Of a DNA stretch of 64,000 nucleotides, positions 37,754 through 48,357 are shown in pieces. Positions within the stretch are counted from its first letter, which is position 1; the number at the start of each line of letters is the position of its first letter. Under the pieces are notes generated by a model. It searched no databases. It was given only the letters and a program-made list of their open reading frames with translations, and was not told where the DNA came from. Source of the DNA: an uncultured Rhizobium sp. (lineage in GTDB: Bacteria; Bacteroidota; Bacteroidia; NS11-12g; UBA955). A program made the translations under genes and the position numbers. The stretch is taken from NCBI GenBank assembly GCA_964527775.1, contig CAZGQS010000001.1:222922-286921 (forward strand), written 5' to 3'.

Positions 37754-40123
37754 ATGAATAATAATGTAGTTTACTTAATTCCAGCGCTTGGTGTTGTTGG
37801 CCTTGTGGTCATGGCAATCAAGAGTGCCTGGGTATCGAAACAAGATGCGGGTGATGAAAAGATGCAGAATCTCGCAGGAAAGATTGCCGCTGGTGCAATG
37901 GCTTTCTTAAAGGCAGAATGGAAAGTTTTAACTTACTTTTCTCTTATCGCTGCGGCTTTATTAGCTTACAGTGGTACGATTCACGAAGTTAACGGAATGG
38001 AGATTCATTCACATTGGATCATTTCCGTGGCTTTCTTGATTGGTGCATTTTTCTCAGCATTGGCAGGTTATTTTGGAATGAGAATTGCCACTAAGGCAAA
38101 TGTTCGCACAACTCAAGCTGCTAAAACAAGTTTGGCACAAGCTCTAAAAGTTAGTTTTAACGGTGGTACCGTTATGGGACTTGGAGTTGCAGGTTTAGCT
38201 GTAATTGGTTTAGGTGGATTGTTCATTGTGTTTTATGCAATGTTCGTAGATGGAGTTGATCCAAATGGTTTGAAAAGAGCCATTGAGGTATTGACTGGTT
38301 TTTCATTGGGTGCTGAGTCGATTGCACTTTTTGCTCGTGTGGGTGGCGGTATTTATACCAAAGCTGCTGACGTAGGAGCAGATTTAGTAGGTAAAGTTGA
38401 AGCCGGTATTCCTGAAGATGATCCGAGAAACCCTGCAACAATTGCAGATAACGTAGGTGATAACGTAGGTGACGTTGCAGGTATGGGTGCTGATTTATTC
38501 GGATCATATGTTGCTACTATTTTGGCTACCATGGTTTTAGGTTCTGAAATGACAGTAGCTGACAATTTCCAGGGCCTTTCTCCTATCCTACTTCCAATGT
38601 TTATTGCAGGTTTAGGATTGATATTCTCTATTGTTGGAACTTTATTTGTTAGAATTAAAGACGATAACGGTAACGTTCAAAATGCTTTGAACATGGGTAA
38701 CTGGTCAAGTATCATTTTGACTGCTATCGCATCGTTTGTTGCTGTTAAATGGTTGATTCCTTCTGATGTTACCTTGTCATTGAGAGGTGAGGAATTTACA
38801 TCGATGGATATTTTCTACGCCATTATTGTTGGCTTAGTTGTAGGTGCAATTATGAGTTATGTTACTGAGTATTACACCGCAATGGGTAAAAAACCAGTAA
38901 TGTCAATAGTTAAAGCTTCTGCAACTGGACACGCTACCAATATCATTGGTGGTTTGGCTATTGGAATGCAATCTACCGTCATTCCAATTTTGGTTTTAGC
39001 AGCTGGTATTTTCGTGTCTTTCGAATTCGCTGGATTATACGGTGTTGCTATTGCTGCAGCAGGTATGATGGCTACAACCGCTATGCAATTGGCTATTGAT
39101 GCCTTTGGTCCTATTGCCGATAATGCTGGTGGTATTGCTGAAATGGCTGAATTGCCAGAAGAAGTTCGCGGAAGAACAGACATTTTGGATGCCGTTGGTA
39201 ATACAACTGCCGCTACCGGTAAAGGTTTTGCAATTGCTTCTGCAGCTTTGACTTCACTTGCTCTTTTTGCGGCATTTGTAGGTGTAGCTGGAATTGATGC
39301 AATCAACATTTACAAGGCTGATGTATTAGCTGGTTTATTTGTTGGTGCTATGATTCCATTTATTTTCTCAGCCTTAGCAATCAGCGCTGTTGGACGTGCA
39401 GCTATGGATATGGTGCAAGAAGTTCGTCGTCAGTTCAGAGAGATTCCTGGTATCATGGAATATAAAGCTGAACCAGAATACGAGAAATGTGTTGAAATCT
39501 CAACCAAAGCTTCTATCCGTGAAATGGTAATGCCAGGTGCAATTGCTTTGATTTCTCCCGTTTTAGTAGGATTTTTATTTGGTCCTGAAGTATTAGGCGG
39601 TATGCTTGCTGGTATCACAGTATCTGGTGTGTTAATGGGAATTTTCCAAAACAATGCTGGTGGTGCTTGGGATAATGCTAAAAAATCATTTGAAAAAGGT
39701 GTAGAAATTGACGGTGAAATTTATTACAAAAAATCTGAGCCTCATAAAGCGTCTGTAACTGGTGATACTGTAGGTGATCCATTTAAAGATACTTCTGGCC
39801 CATCAATGAATATTTTGATTAAATTGACCTCTATCGTTTCTTTGATCATTGCTCCTTACATTGCTGTAGGTAATTCAAATACAGCTGCCTCAGACGATTG
39901 TTGCAAAGACAAAACTGAAATGACAACTGCACATGCAGGTTGTGATTCAGAATCAACTTGCAATATGTCTGAGTGTGAAAATTTAACCTTAGATCAATGT
40001 ATGGCAAAGTGCGATTCTTTGAAATGTTCTCCTGAAGAACGTGCAAAATGCATGGCCATGTACGATGAAAATGGTAAATTCAAGAAGTCTGAAGAAAAGG
40101 CTTGTTGTAAAGACAAGAAATAA
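37754..40123 (+). CDS. hppA: Membrane-integral pyrophosphatase (K+-dependent clade, H+ or Na+ pumping) with Cys-rich C-terminal extension
   Basis: [56 protein letters not shown] (Ala at the K+-dependence position), [21 protein letters not shown]. An extra 84-aa tail follows the last TM helix. Confidence 0.93.
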   Translation: MNNNVVYLIPALGVVGLVVMAIKSAWVSKQDAGDEKMQNLAGKIAAGAMAFLKAEWKVLTYFSLIAAALLAYSGTIHEVNGMEIHSHWIISVAFLIGAFFSALAGYFGMRIATKANVRTTQAAKTSLAQALKVSFNGGTVMGLGVAGLAVIGLGGLFIVFYAMFVDGVDPNGLKRAIEVLTGFSLGAESIALFARVGGGIYTKAADVGADLVGKVEAGIPEDDPRNPATIADNVGDNVGDVAGMGADLFGSYVATILATMVLGSEMTVADNFQGLSPILLPMFIAGLGLIFSIVGTLFVRIKDDNGNVQNALNMGNWSSIILTAIASFVAVKWLIPSDVTLSLRGEEFTSMDIFYAIIVGLVVGAIMSYVTEYYTAMGKKPVMSIVKASATGHATNIIGGLAIGMQSTVIPILVLAAGIFVSFEFAGLYGVAIAAAGMMATTAMQLAIDAFGPIADNAGGIAEMAELPEEVRGRTDILDAVGNTTAATGKGFAIASAALTSLALFAAFVGVAGIDAINIYKADVLAGLFVGAMIPFIFSALAISAVGRAAMDMVQEVRRQFREIPGIMEYKAEPEYEKCVEISTKASIREMVMPGAIALISPVLVGFLFGPEVLGGMLAGITVSGVLMGIFQNNAGGAWDNAKKSFEKGVEIDGEIYYKKSEPHKASVTGDTVGDPFKDTSGPSMNILIKLTSIVSLIIAPYIAVGNSNTAASDDCCKDKTEMTTAHAGCDSESTCNMSECENLTLDQCMAKCDSLKCSPEERAKCMAMYDENGKFKKSEEKACCKDKK

Positions 40124-40141
40124 ATAGGAATTTTAATTCAT

Positions 40142-40172
40142 AAAAAAGGCTGCCCATGGGCAGCCTTTTTTG
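40142..40172. terminator. Bidirectional hairpin terminator between hppA and the convergent VPS10-type gene
   Basis: AAAAAA-GGCTGCCCATGGGCAGCC-TTTTTT; the central 18 nt form a perfect palindrome. Confidence 0.8.
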
Positions 40173-40193
40173 TTGGAAACCTTCAATCAATCA

Positions 40194-43100
40194 TTAATTG
40201 AACTTCATTAATGAAGATTTGATATTCTCAATTTGCATTTGAAGACCTTTTAATTGATCGTTAACATTTTTTACGGTGCTAATGTGTGTTTGAGTTGGTG
40301 TAGTTAAACTACCCAGCATTTCGTAATAAACACCCCAAAAAGATGAATTGATGGAATTAGGCGTAGCAAATTCGTATTTAGAAAGTGCCTGTTGTCCTTG
40401 AAGGAGCGATTGAATTTGATCGTATTTTACTTTTAAATCCATCAACTCGCCGCGTTTGCTTTGATCTAATGCAGAAATTTTTATCAAATGATTCAACTTG
40501 ATGTTCAACTGCTCTAAATCATTGTTCATTTGAATCAAAGATGTTCTTACCGATAATATTAGATCGATGTTTTTATTTCGGTTTTCGATCTCAGAGGGTT
40601 GCAGTTGATTAGACTCAAATAAGTAATCAATAGCTACTTTAGATAACTCTGTGCACGACTCAATTCCTTTGGATGTGATTTTATCCAAACCAATATAATA
40701 ACTGCCGGGACTCACGTATGGTCCATCAGAAACAGATGCTTTTGAGTCATATAAATCTTTTGGTATTACGGTGTATCGGCAATTCCATTTGGTTTGTGTC
40801 CAGCCTTTTCCTGAGGAAATATTCCAGCGAGCAATTAATTTTGAGTTACGGTTATTTTCCGAGTATACAGAAATGCAATAGTTGTCTAGTATCTCAGATT
40901 CTTCGGCTATTATTGAATCTACCGCAGGATAAATTAAGTCCAATGGTTTTGCTTCTTTCTCCCTGTTTTCGCGTCTCTTTTTCACAGAAGAAATATCTTG
41001 AGGGATATTTACATAAATACTCAATTTTTCATCTAGATTCTCGCCCATAAATCTGGTTTTTCCGTGATATGCATTTCCGTCGCTTCCCAATTTGGCATAA
41101 GGAACAAATAATTTATGCGTTGAGTTCGCAGCAAAAACTTGTTTTTGAGACTTTTTGAATTCTCTGATAAGCTGGTAATCATCGCATACCACGAATCCTC
41201 GTCCAAAAGTAGCCAAAACAAGATCTTCCTCTCTTTCTTGGAATGCAATATCCTTTATGGCAACTGGTGGAAGTCCTTTCATAAATGAGGTGAAATTGAA
41301 CCCATTATCTATGGAAATATAGAATCCAAATTCGGTTCCAACACATACAATTTCGTTGTCTTTGGGGTCTATCCAAACACTTTTTATAGCTCCGTTTTCT
41401 GGAAGTCCAGCACCGATCTTTTTCCAAGTTTTTCCTTGATCAGAAGAAATCAATAAATAAGGTTTGAAATCACCTTGACGGTGGTTGTCTAATGAGATAA
41501 TGAATTCATTCTTTGATGTAATGTTTAATGAACTAATCAAAGGGTAAATGGTTTCAATACTCTTACTCGCTTTACCTTCTTGAGCTTCTGACCATAAATT
41601 TACTCCTGGGTAATTGGGGCTTAACAATGTCCAAGTTTTACCATCATCAATGGTTAAATGAACCAATCCATCGTCAGTTCCAGCTAAAAGTTGACCCTCC
41701 TTGCCTTCGCATAAAAAGGTAATATTTCCATAGATGCTCGTACTTTGATTCTTGGCAACGGCTTTTAATCCCCATACTTTTTCCATAATGGGAAGTTTAT
41801 TTCGATCTATTTGACGACTCAAATCGAGACTGTTGGTAGTCCATGTGTTGCCGTAATCTTGGCTGATAAACAATTTATTCGCAGCAAAATACAATTTCTT
41901 GTTATTGTATTTACTGATCAATAAAGGAGCATCCCAATTCCAACGTAATGCAGAAGCAGAAGGTTCAGTAAAATGAGGGCGAATATCAATGCTCTCGCCA
42001 GTTTTTCTGTTATGTCTAATTAATCCGCCATATTGCCATTGAGCATAAACAATATCTGGATTTGTGGGGTCAATTTGGCTTTTGAAACCATCTCCACCTA
42101 CGGTAACAAACCATTCATCGTTTCCAATTCCATTGGATGTTTTATTTCTGCTAGGTCCACCTAAAGAGAAATTATCTTGGGTGCCACCGTAAACGTTGTA
42201 AAATGGAGCAGAATTATCTACAGAAACCCTATAAAACTGTGTGATGGGTAGATTTTCTTTGAATATCCAGTTTGAACCATTGTCAAATGTTTCATATAAA
42301 CCACCGTCGCAACCCACCAAGAGATGATTGGTATTTGAAGGATTGATCCAAATAGCGTGATTATCAACGTGTTTGTTGTCTTCAGGATAACGCTTGATGG
42401 TTTTTCCGCCATCTTCTGAGAAATGTAAATATGTATCCATGAAAAATAGACGTTTTCCATTGGATGGATCAGCAAAAACCTCTTGATAGTAGTTTCCAGC
42501 AGTTTGAAAATCATTGATTCTTGTCCAACTTGCGCCAAAGTCACTGGAAGTATAAACACCTCCTTTTTTACCCTCAGCTTCAACTACAGCAGTAACTCTT
42601 CCAGGTTCGGTGTTGGAAGTGGTTAAAGAAATTCTCCCCAAATCTCCGCTAGGAAATCCACCAGCACATTTTTGCCACGTTTTTCCGTGATCAACAGACT
42701 TATAGAGAGAACTTTCGGGCCCTCCACTTAGGTAAGTCCATTCGTGTCTCCTTCTTTGGTGTGCTGTTGCGTATAAAATGTTGTTGTTGGATGGGTCTAA
42801 GTGCACTTCATTAAAGCCGGTGTGTTTAGAAACAAACAGTGACAGAGACCAGGTTTTCCCTGCATCTGAGCTGTAATAAATGCCTCTTTCACCTCCTGCG
42901 CTCCACAAAGGCCCGTAAGCGGCCACCCACATTTCTGAAGGATTTGTTGGATTGATAATGATTTTTGCAATGCTCTGAGAATTTTCAAATACACCTTTAA
43001 CTTTAGTGAATGATTTGCCGGCATCTTCAGAGAAATAGAGTCCATTTCCGTAGCCTACACTTCGCTGATTGTTGTTTTCGCCCGTACCTACCCATAAGAT

Positions 43101-43403
43101 GTTTGGATTGTTTGGATGTATGGCCAATGAACCAATACTTTGAGTCCCATAACCGTCAAAAATTGGACTAAAAGTAGTTCCTGAATTTTCTGTTTTCCAA
43201 ACACCTCCATAAGCAGATGCGATGTAATAAATGGACGGATTTTTGGGATTTACGGCAATATCAATGACTCTGCCGCTGGTTTTTGCTGGACCAATGTTAC
43301 GCCAACCAATTTGCCCCACGAAACTTTCGAATTCTTTGTTTTGTGCATTTAACTGGGCAAATATCAAGCACCCAGCATACACTGATAGTAAAATTTTTCT
43401 CAT
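40194..43403 (-). CDS. VPS10/sortilin-type BNR-repeat double beta-propeller protein, secreted (no T9SS CTD recognised)
   Basis: Signal peptide MRKILLSVYAGCLIFAQLNAQ. At least 10 SxDxGxTW-like repeats (SSDAGKTWSLS, SVDHGKTWQKC, SSDFGASWTRI, TIDDGKTWTLL, SSDQGKTWKKI and others). Helical/coiled C-terminal region. Confidence 0.8.
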   Translation of the reverse strand: MRKILLSVYAGCLIFAQLNAQNKEFESFVGQIGWRNIGPAKTSGRVIDIAVNPKNPSIYYIASAYGGVWKTENSGTTFSPIFDGYGTQSIGSLAIHPNNPNILWVGTGENNNQRSVGYGNGLYFSEDAGKSFTKVKGVFENSQSIAKIIINPTNPSEMWVAAYGPLWSAGGERGIYYSSDAGKTWSLSLFVSKHTGFNEVHLDPSNNNILYATAHQRRRHEWTYLSGGPESSLYKSVDHGKTWQKCAGGFPSGDLGRISLTTSNTEPGRVTAVVEAEGKKGGVYTSSDFGASWTRINDFQTAGNYYQEVFADPSNGKRLFFMDTYLHFSEDGGKTIKRYPEDNKHVDNHAIWINPSNTNHLLVGCDGGLYETFDNGSNWIFKENLPITQFYRVSVDNSAPFYNVYGGTQDNFSLGGPSRNKTSNGIGNDEWFVTVGGDGFKSQIDPTNPDIVYAQWQYGGLIRHNRKTGESIDIRPHFTEPSASALRWNWDAPLLISKYNNKKLYFAANKLFISQDYGNTWTTNSLDLSRQIDRNKLPIMEKVWGLKAVAKNQSTSIYGNITFLCEGKEGQLLAGTDDGLVHLTIDDGKTWTLLSPNYPGVNLWSEAQEGKASKSIETIYPLISSLNITSKNEFIISLDNHRQGDFKPYLLISSDQGKTWKKIGAGLPENGAIKSVWIDPKDNEIVCVGTEFGFYISIDNGFNFTSFMKGLPPVAIKDIAFQEREEDLVLATFGRGFVVCDDYQLIREFKKSQKQVFAANSTHKLFVPYAKLGSDGNAYHGKTRFMGENLDEKLSIYVNIPQDISSVKKRRENREKEAKPLDLIYPAVDSIIAEESEILDNYCISVYSENNRNSKLIARWNISSGKGWTQTKWNCRYTVIPKDLYDSKASVSDGPYVSPGSYYIGLDKITSKGIESCTELSKVAIDYLFESNQLQPSEIENRNKNIDLILSVRTSLIQMNNDLEQLNIKLNHLIKISALDQSKRGELMDLKVKYDQIQSLLQGQQALSKYEFATPNSINSSFWGVYYEMLGSLTTPTQTHISTVKNVNDQLKGLQMQIENIKSSLMKFN

Positions 43404-43443
43404 AATTAAGATAACAACTTCCTTTTCGGGGGAAGTTACAAAA

Positions 43444-44643
43444 TCATTGCAACTCTAAGAAATAGCCTTCTAGTTTTTTAGCAATGCCTTGCCAAGAAAA
43501 ACGGTTTCTAATTTTCTCACCACCTTTTCGGCCTAATTCGGATCTAAATGAGTCATCATTCAGTATTTTCAGTATTCCATCGGTAAATTCCGTTGGGTTT
43601 TTCGCTACAATAACCCCTTCTCCTTTTTCTAACCCCAAGCCTTTATAACCAACCTCCGTACTTACAACAGGAACATCCATGCTCAAGGCTTCCAATACTT
43701 TGTTTTGGGTGCCAGCGCCTATTCTTAATGGTGAAATAACCACATTTGCTGAAGCATATTCTTTGGCTAGATCTTCAACGAAGCCGGTTACCGTGATTTT
43801 ATCTGATACTAAAGACTGTATCCAATGGCCTGGTTTTTGACCGGCAATTACGAAGGTGGCTTCAGGAAAAGCAATTAATACTGATGGCCATATTTCATCA
43901 ATAAAATAATGTAAAGCATCAATGTTTGGGGCATAACTCATATTTCCCGTGAATAGAATTCTGCCCTTTACAAATTCAATATCGGTTCGAGGATAAAATT
44001 GATTGATGTCTACTCCATTTTCAAGTAGTTCAACATTAGAGCCTGTACTTTTGAACAAAAACTCTTGATCTACGGTGCTACATACCAAAGTTTTAGCGAA
44101 TTGAGGAATCATCTCTTGTTCAAATTTATATAGCCTATTAAACTCGGTAGACGCAAATAATTTTTGTAAAAAATGATTCGATTGATCTCTTCGTCTTTGC
44201 CAATACAAACTAAATGCATCAGGTAAATCCAAAATTACTTTTGACTTATCGATGCCGTCAAAATATTGAGCCATTCTAATGTGTTGAACATGAATGGCAT
44301 CGTATTTTTCAGATTCCAATAGATTTTTAAGCTTATTTCTGAACTTATTTGATTGAAAAAAGGCAACTTGAAAAGGCTTTCGTATAAACGTCCCCCAAAA
44401 GGTAAAAAAAGCAGAAACCCAAATGGGTCTGTAGATCCATTCAATTCTAGAAATGACCTTAGAGCTTTTGCCAATGGGTTTTAAAAGTGGTTGAACAGAA
44501 TCTAAATCTTGTTGGTTTTCAGCAATGGTAAGTAAATGAATTTCGTGCTTATCAATTAATTCACCCATCAAATTGTAAATTTTCAATTTATCTCCGCGGT
44601 ATGGAGGGAAAGGCATTCGATTTGCAACGAACAAGATTTTCAT
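43444..44643 (-). CDS. Glycosyltransferase family 4 (GT-B, group 1)
   Basis: C-terminal GT1 block SPLRIGAGTQNKVLEALSMDVPVVSTEVG (EX7E-like). About 400 aa. Confidence 0.8.
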   Translation of the reverse strand: MKILFVANRMPFPPYRGDKLKIYNLMGELIDKHEIHLLTIAENQQDLDSVQPLLKPIGKSSKVISRIEWIYRPIWVSAFFTFWGTFIRKPFQVAFFQSNKFRNKLKNLLESEKYDAIHVQHIRMAQYFDGIDKSKVILDLPDAFSLYWQRRRDQSNHFLQKLFASTEFNRLYKFEQEMIPQFAKTLVCSTVDQEFLFKSTGSNVELLENGVDINQFYPRTDIEFVKGRILFTGNMSYAPNIDALHYFIDEIWPSVLIAFPEATFVIAGQKPGHWIQSLVSDKITVTGFVEDLAKEYASANVVISPLRIGAGTQNKVLEALSMDVPVVSTEVGYKGLGLEKGEGVIVAKNPTEFTDGILKILNDDSFRSELGRKGGEKIRNRFSWQGIAKKLEGYFLELQ

Positions 44644-44650
44644 TCACTAG

Positions 44651-44658
44651 CAAAATTA
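44651..44658 (-). promoter_or_regulatory. Candidate -7 box (TAATTTTG on minus strand) for the GT4 gene
   Basis: Plus strand reads CAAAATTA, a perfect TAnnTTTG on the minus strand, ending 7 nt before the ATG at 44643. Confidence 0.4.
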
Positions 44659-44708
44659 TGCTTTTTTATTTGCGCATTATTTAAAATGAATCGATAATAT
44701 TGTAGGAG

Positions 44709-45902
44709 ATGGTGACTTTAAGCAGTCGATTAGATAGAGTAATAGAGAGTCAAACTTTGGCAATGACAAAAAAAGCCAGAGAATTGAAAGAACAGGGAAA
44801 CGATGTGATCAGCCTGAGCATAGGCGAACCCGATTTTGATACACCCATTAACATTTGCAATGAAGCTACTGCGGCAATGTCTCGTGGTGAAACTCATTAT
44901 CCGCCGGTATTGGGTACAATGGCATTTAGACAGGCAATTCAAAGTAAGTTATTAATTGAAAATGGTTTAGACTATTCTGTTTCTCAAATTATTGTGAGTA
45001 ACGGCGCTAAACAGAGTTTGTTTAATGCCATTATGGCATTGGTGAACCCTGGTGATGAAGTAATCATTCCTGCACCTTATTGGGTAAGTTATCCTTCAAT
45101 GGTTAATTATGCTCAAGGTAAAGTGGTTGAAATAACTACATCTGTTGAAGAAAATTACCTATGTTCGGCAGAGAAATTAGAATCGGCAATTACCGATAAA
45201 ACCAAGCTTATTATCTTCTCCTCTCCTTGCAATCCTAGCGGAACCGTTATACCCAAAGCTCTTTTAGACCAATGGGTTGAAGTGCTTCAAAGACACCCTC
45301 ATGTTTTTGTTATCAGTGATGAGATTTATGAGCGTATTGTGTACAATGAAAAGCCAGTGAGTATTGCAAGCTATCCTGGAATGAAAGACCGAGTTGCAGT
45401 GGTAAACGGTTTAGCTAAGGGATTTGCAATGACTGGATGGCGAATTGGATATTTAGCGGGTCCACAGGAGTTGGTAAGTGCATGTGAGCGTTTCCAAGGA
45501 ATGGTTTCGTCAGGGGCAAATTCTATAGCCCAAGCAGCAGGAATTGAAGCATTAAAGGGCGATCAATCTCAAGTGGAAATGATGCGAATAACCTTTGAAA
45601 AAAGGAGAAATCTAATGCATCAGGAATTATCAAAAATAAACGGCATTAAATTGGGCAACCCCGAAGGAGCATTTTATCATTTTCCAGATGTTTCTTATTA
45701 TTTTGGAAAGAAAGATGGGGAAACCACTTTAAATAATGCTGATGAGATTTGCCTATACTTGTTGGAGAGAGCCTTGGTAGCTTTGGTTTCAGGAGCTGCA
45801 TTTGGAGCCCCGAATTGCATCAGATTGAGTTATGCAACTTCAGAGGAGAATATTGTTGAAGCTTGTTCTCGAATCAAAAAGGCTTTAGAATCCTTGAATT
45901 GA
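44709..45902 (+). CDS. Class I pyridoxal-phosphate aminotransferase (aspartate/aromatic type)
   Basis: SLSIGEPDFDTP, NPSGTV, and GLAKGFAMTGWRIGY (PLP-Lys region). Confidence 0.85.
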   Translation: MVTLSSRLDRVIESQTLAMTKKARELKEQGNDVISLSIGEPDFDTPINICNEATAAMSRGETHYPPVLGTMAFRQAIQSKLLIENGLDYSVSQIIVSNGAKQSLFNAIMALVNPGDEVIIPAPYWVSYPSMVNYAQGKVVEITTSVEENYLCSAEKLESAITDKTKLIIFSSPCNPSGTVIPKALLDQWVEVLQRHPHVFVISDEIYERIVYNEKPVSIASYPGMKDRVAVVNGLAKGFAMTGWRIGYLAGPQELVSACERFQGMVSSGANSIAQAAGIEALKGDQSQVEMMRITFEKRRNLMHQELSKINGIKLGNPEGAFYHFPDVSYYFGKKDGETTLNNADEICLYLLERALVALVSGAAFGAPNCIRLSYATSEENIVEACSRIKKALESLN

Positions 45903-45906
45903 ACTT

Positions 45907-45914
45907 TATATTTG
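45907..45914 (+). promoter_or_regulatory. Candidate -7 box (TATATTTG) for the PfkB kinase gene
   Basis: Perfect TAnnTTTG ending 9 nt before the ATG at 45924. No well-spaced -33. Confidence 0.4.
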
Positions 45915-45923
45915 CCAAATTAA

Positions 45924-46913
45924 ATGAACATGCTAGACTTAGACTCGCTTTTTGATAGTTTCAACGGATTAAGAGTATTGATTGTGGGAGATGTAATGGT
46001 AGATAATTACATCAATGGAAAGGTTGAACGTGTTTCTCCCGAAGCCCCTGTTCCCGTTGTAGATGTAACTAATATAGAGTCTAGATTGGGTGGCGCCGGG
46101 AATGTAGCCTTGAACATCAAATCTATGGGAGCAGTTCCAATTATGGTTAGCGTTATTGGTAATGATAAAGAAGGTGAAGACTTAAAAATGTTGTTAGAAG
46201 ATCAAGGTATTTATTCTAAAGCATTATTGGTCAGTGACTCTCGTAAAACTACCACAAAAACTCGAGTGGTTGGAAATCATCACCAACTTTTAAGATTTGA
46301 TCATGAGGTTAAACATGATTTAAATTCAGTTGATTCGTTTTTGTTGGAAGAGTATTTCGATAAAGAAATTGAGAACGCCGATGTAGTGATTTTTGAAGAT
46401 TACAATAAAGGAGTTTTGCATGCTTCGAATATCAAGTCATTCATTGATAAAGCCAATAAATTAGGCATTCCAACTATTGTAGACCCTAAGAAAAACAACT
46501 TCTTGGAATACAAGAATACAACCATTTTTAAGCCCAACTTAAAGGAAATTAAGGAAGGTCTAAATCTTGATTCTTCATTTGAACAAATTGATGAAGTAGA
46601 AGAGGCTATTTCTTTATTGGAAAGTAAATTAAACAATAAAAGAACATTGGTTACCTTAAGCGAAAGAGGGGTAATTATATCAGACTCTGGAAGTTTCATT
46701 CAAGTTCCAGCTCATATTCGAAATATTGCCGATGTTAGCGGTGCTGGAGACACTGTTGTTAGTGTAGCGGCACTTGCCCTTGCCCAAAAAGTGTCGCCCG
46801 AACTGATTGCCGAGTTGAGTAATTTGGCTGGCGGACTGGTTTGCGAAAAACGCGGGGTTGTGCCCATCAATAAAGATGAACTATTGGCCGAAGCAAAGAA
46901 AATCCTCTCTTAG
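45924..46913 (+). CDS. PfkB-family sugar kinase, RfaE/HldE domain I-like (D-glycero-beta-D-manno-heptose-7-phosphate kinase type), kinase domain only
   Basis: VLIVGDVMVDNYINGKVERVSPEAPVPV is typical of the HldE kinase domain. DVSGAGDTVVS is the PfkB signature. No adenylyltransferase domain. Confidence 0.75.
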   Translation: MNMLDLDSLFDSFNGLRVLIVGDVMVDNYINGKVERVSPEAPVPVVDVTNIESRLGGAGNVALNIKSMGAVPIMVSVIGNDKEGEDLKMLLEDQGIYSKALLVSDSRKTTTKTRVVGNHHQLLRFDHEVKHDLNSVDSFLLEEYFDKEIENADVVIFEDYNKGVLHASNIKSFIDKANKLGIPTIVDPKKNNFLEYKNTTIFKPNLKEIKEGLNLDSSFEQIDEVEEAISLLESKLNNKRTLVTLSERGVIISDSGSFIQVPAHIRNIADVSGAGDTVVSVAALALAQKVSPELIAELSNLAGGLVCEKRGVVPINKDELLAEAKKILS

Positions 46914-46926
46914 TTTTTTGAATTTA

Positions 46927-48351
46927 TTACGAATAACCTGACAGGTTAAATTCGGTCGATTCTTGATAATCACTATCGGTATTTATATCCCAAAGATTCT
47001 GATTAATTCCCGTATTGATTTCTTTTGCAAGTAGCAACCCCATAAGTATGGAATGGTCTTGATTGTTATACTTAAATGAGCCATATCTACCTATGAGTTT
47101 CAAATTTGAAATGGTATTTAGATAATCAATGATGGGATTCAGATTTTCCATGTATCCAGTTTCATAAACTGGGTAACATTTGGGTATTTTAATCACCTTT
47201 GAATTCAATACAAGATCATTATTTGAAATGAGATTTAGCATCAATAACTCTCTGTGAGCTAATTGAGATAATTCTTCATCGCTTTTTTGCCATAAAGAAT
47301 CACTATCGAAACTCCAAAACTCTAAACACAAGATACTGGTTGATTTACCATTGGTGAGTGTAGGGCACCAATTTCTAAAATTAGTTATTCTGCCGTGGGT
47401 TGCCTCTGGTGAATGGATATAGATCCAATTATCTGGAAATAGTTGATTGCTGTTAATCTCCAAATACACCAATGTGGTATTTCGAAAATACAATTTTCGG
47501 GTATAATCTAAAATCTGTTGGGGTACATTTGATAATCCTTGAATTAGCGAAGTCATGGGCATGGTTGAAACAATCCAATCGGCTTTAAACGATTCCCCAT
47601 TTTCAGTGATTATTTCAGTAATCTTTGAATCATGCTCAATGAAACGTTCAATCTTCTGTCCAAAAAGTATCTTTCCACCTAGATTTTCAAATCTGTGTGC
47701 AATTTCATTGTAAATAGCACCTGTTCCCTTGTGAGGATAGGCAAAGACATCCACGAGGGTCTTGTGTTTATTGTTTTTATTGCCTTTTATAGATGAAATT
47801 AAAGCTTCCCAAAGTGATAGTTTTTTGATTCTTTGGGATGCCCAATCGGCATCAATTTGATTGCAATTAATGCCCCATAATTTTTCGGTGTAGGATTTAA
47901 AGAACATTCCGAAAAGCTTTTCCCCGAATTTATTGGTTACCCAATCTTCAAAGGTTTTAATCGACTTATTTGGGAAAATTCTAATCCAGAAATAACTGAA
48001 CAATATATGGGTTAACTCAAAAATGGAGATGTTTCGAATAACATTTCCAATTTTCAATGGATAATCAAAGAACTTATTCCTGTAATAGATTCGAGTAAGT
48101 CGATTGACTACCGTGAAGTTATTTCCCACAATTTCATGGAAGAAGTCATTGACTATTTTATCGCTGGTAAAAAACCGGTGAGGTCCACAATCTACAATTT
48201 GACCAAACATATCTAAACTGCGTGACATCCCGCCAACTTGATTAGTTAATTCAATCAAGGTAACAGGATGTCCGAGTTTAATGAGTTGATATGCAGCAGT
48301 TAGTCCGGCTGGGCCGGCGCCAATAATGATAACAGATGCTTTTTCTGACAC
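46927..48351 (-). CDS. FAD/NAD(P)-binding oxidoreductase (amine oxidase / UDP-galactopyranose mutase-like superfamily)
   Basis: N-terminal Rossmann motif VIIIGAGPAGLTAAYQL. About 470 aa. Specific function not recognisable. Confidence 0.7.
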   Translation of the reverse strand: MSEKASVIIIGAGPAGLTAAYQLIKLGHPVTLIELTNQVGGMSRSLDMFGQIVDCGPHRFFTSDKIVNDFFHEIVGNNFTVVNRLTRIYYRNKFFDYPLKIGNVIRNISIFELTHILFSYFWIRIFPNKSIKTFEDWVTNKFGEKLFGMFFKSYTEKLWGINCNQIDADWASQRIKKLSLWEALISSIKGNKNNKHKTLVDVFAYPHKGTGAIYNEIAHRFENLGGKILFGQKIERFIEHDSKITEIITENGESFKADWIVSTMPMTSLIQGLSNVPQQILDYTRKLYFRNTTLVYLEINSNQLFPDNWIYIHSPEATHGRITNFRNWCPTLTNGKSTSILCLEFWSFDSDSLWQKSDEELSQLAHRELLMLNLISNNDLVLNSKVIKIPKCYPVYETGYMENLNPIIDYLNTISNLKLIGRYGSFKYNNQDHSILMGLLLAKEINTGINQNLWDINTDSDYQESTEFNLSGYS

Positions 48352-48357
48352 AAATGA

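Noticed and set aside
38223-39654. Several antisense ORFs (94, 70, 145 and 74 aa) inside hppA
   Set aside because: They are low-complexity Ala/Ile/Pro-rich translations of the antisense strand of a Gly/Ala-rich membrane protein gene. They have no start context and no promoter boxes, and they lie fully within a very well supported gene.
43416-43437. Hairpin AACTTCC-N8-GGAAGTT between the GT4 and VPS10 genes as a terminator
   Set aside because: The stem is only 7 bp with a large loop and lacks a clear T-run on the coding (minus) strand. It could be a weak attenuator, but the evidence is insufficient to call it a feature.
43444-48351. GT4 glycosyltransferase, aminotransferase, PfkB heptose-type kinase and FAD oxidoreductase as one surface-glycan biosynthesis cluster
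   Set aside because: The genes lie on alternating strands in separate transcription units. The aminotransferase is class I (AspC-like, GWRIGY motif), not a DegT-type sugar aminotransferase. No flippase, polymerase or nucleotidyltransferase is present.
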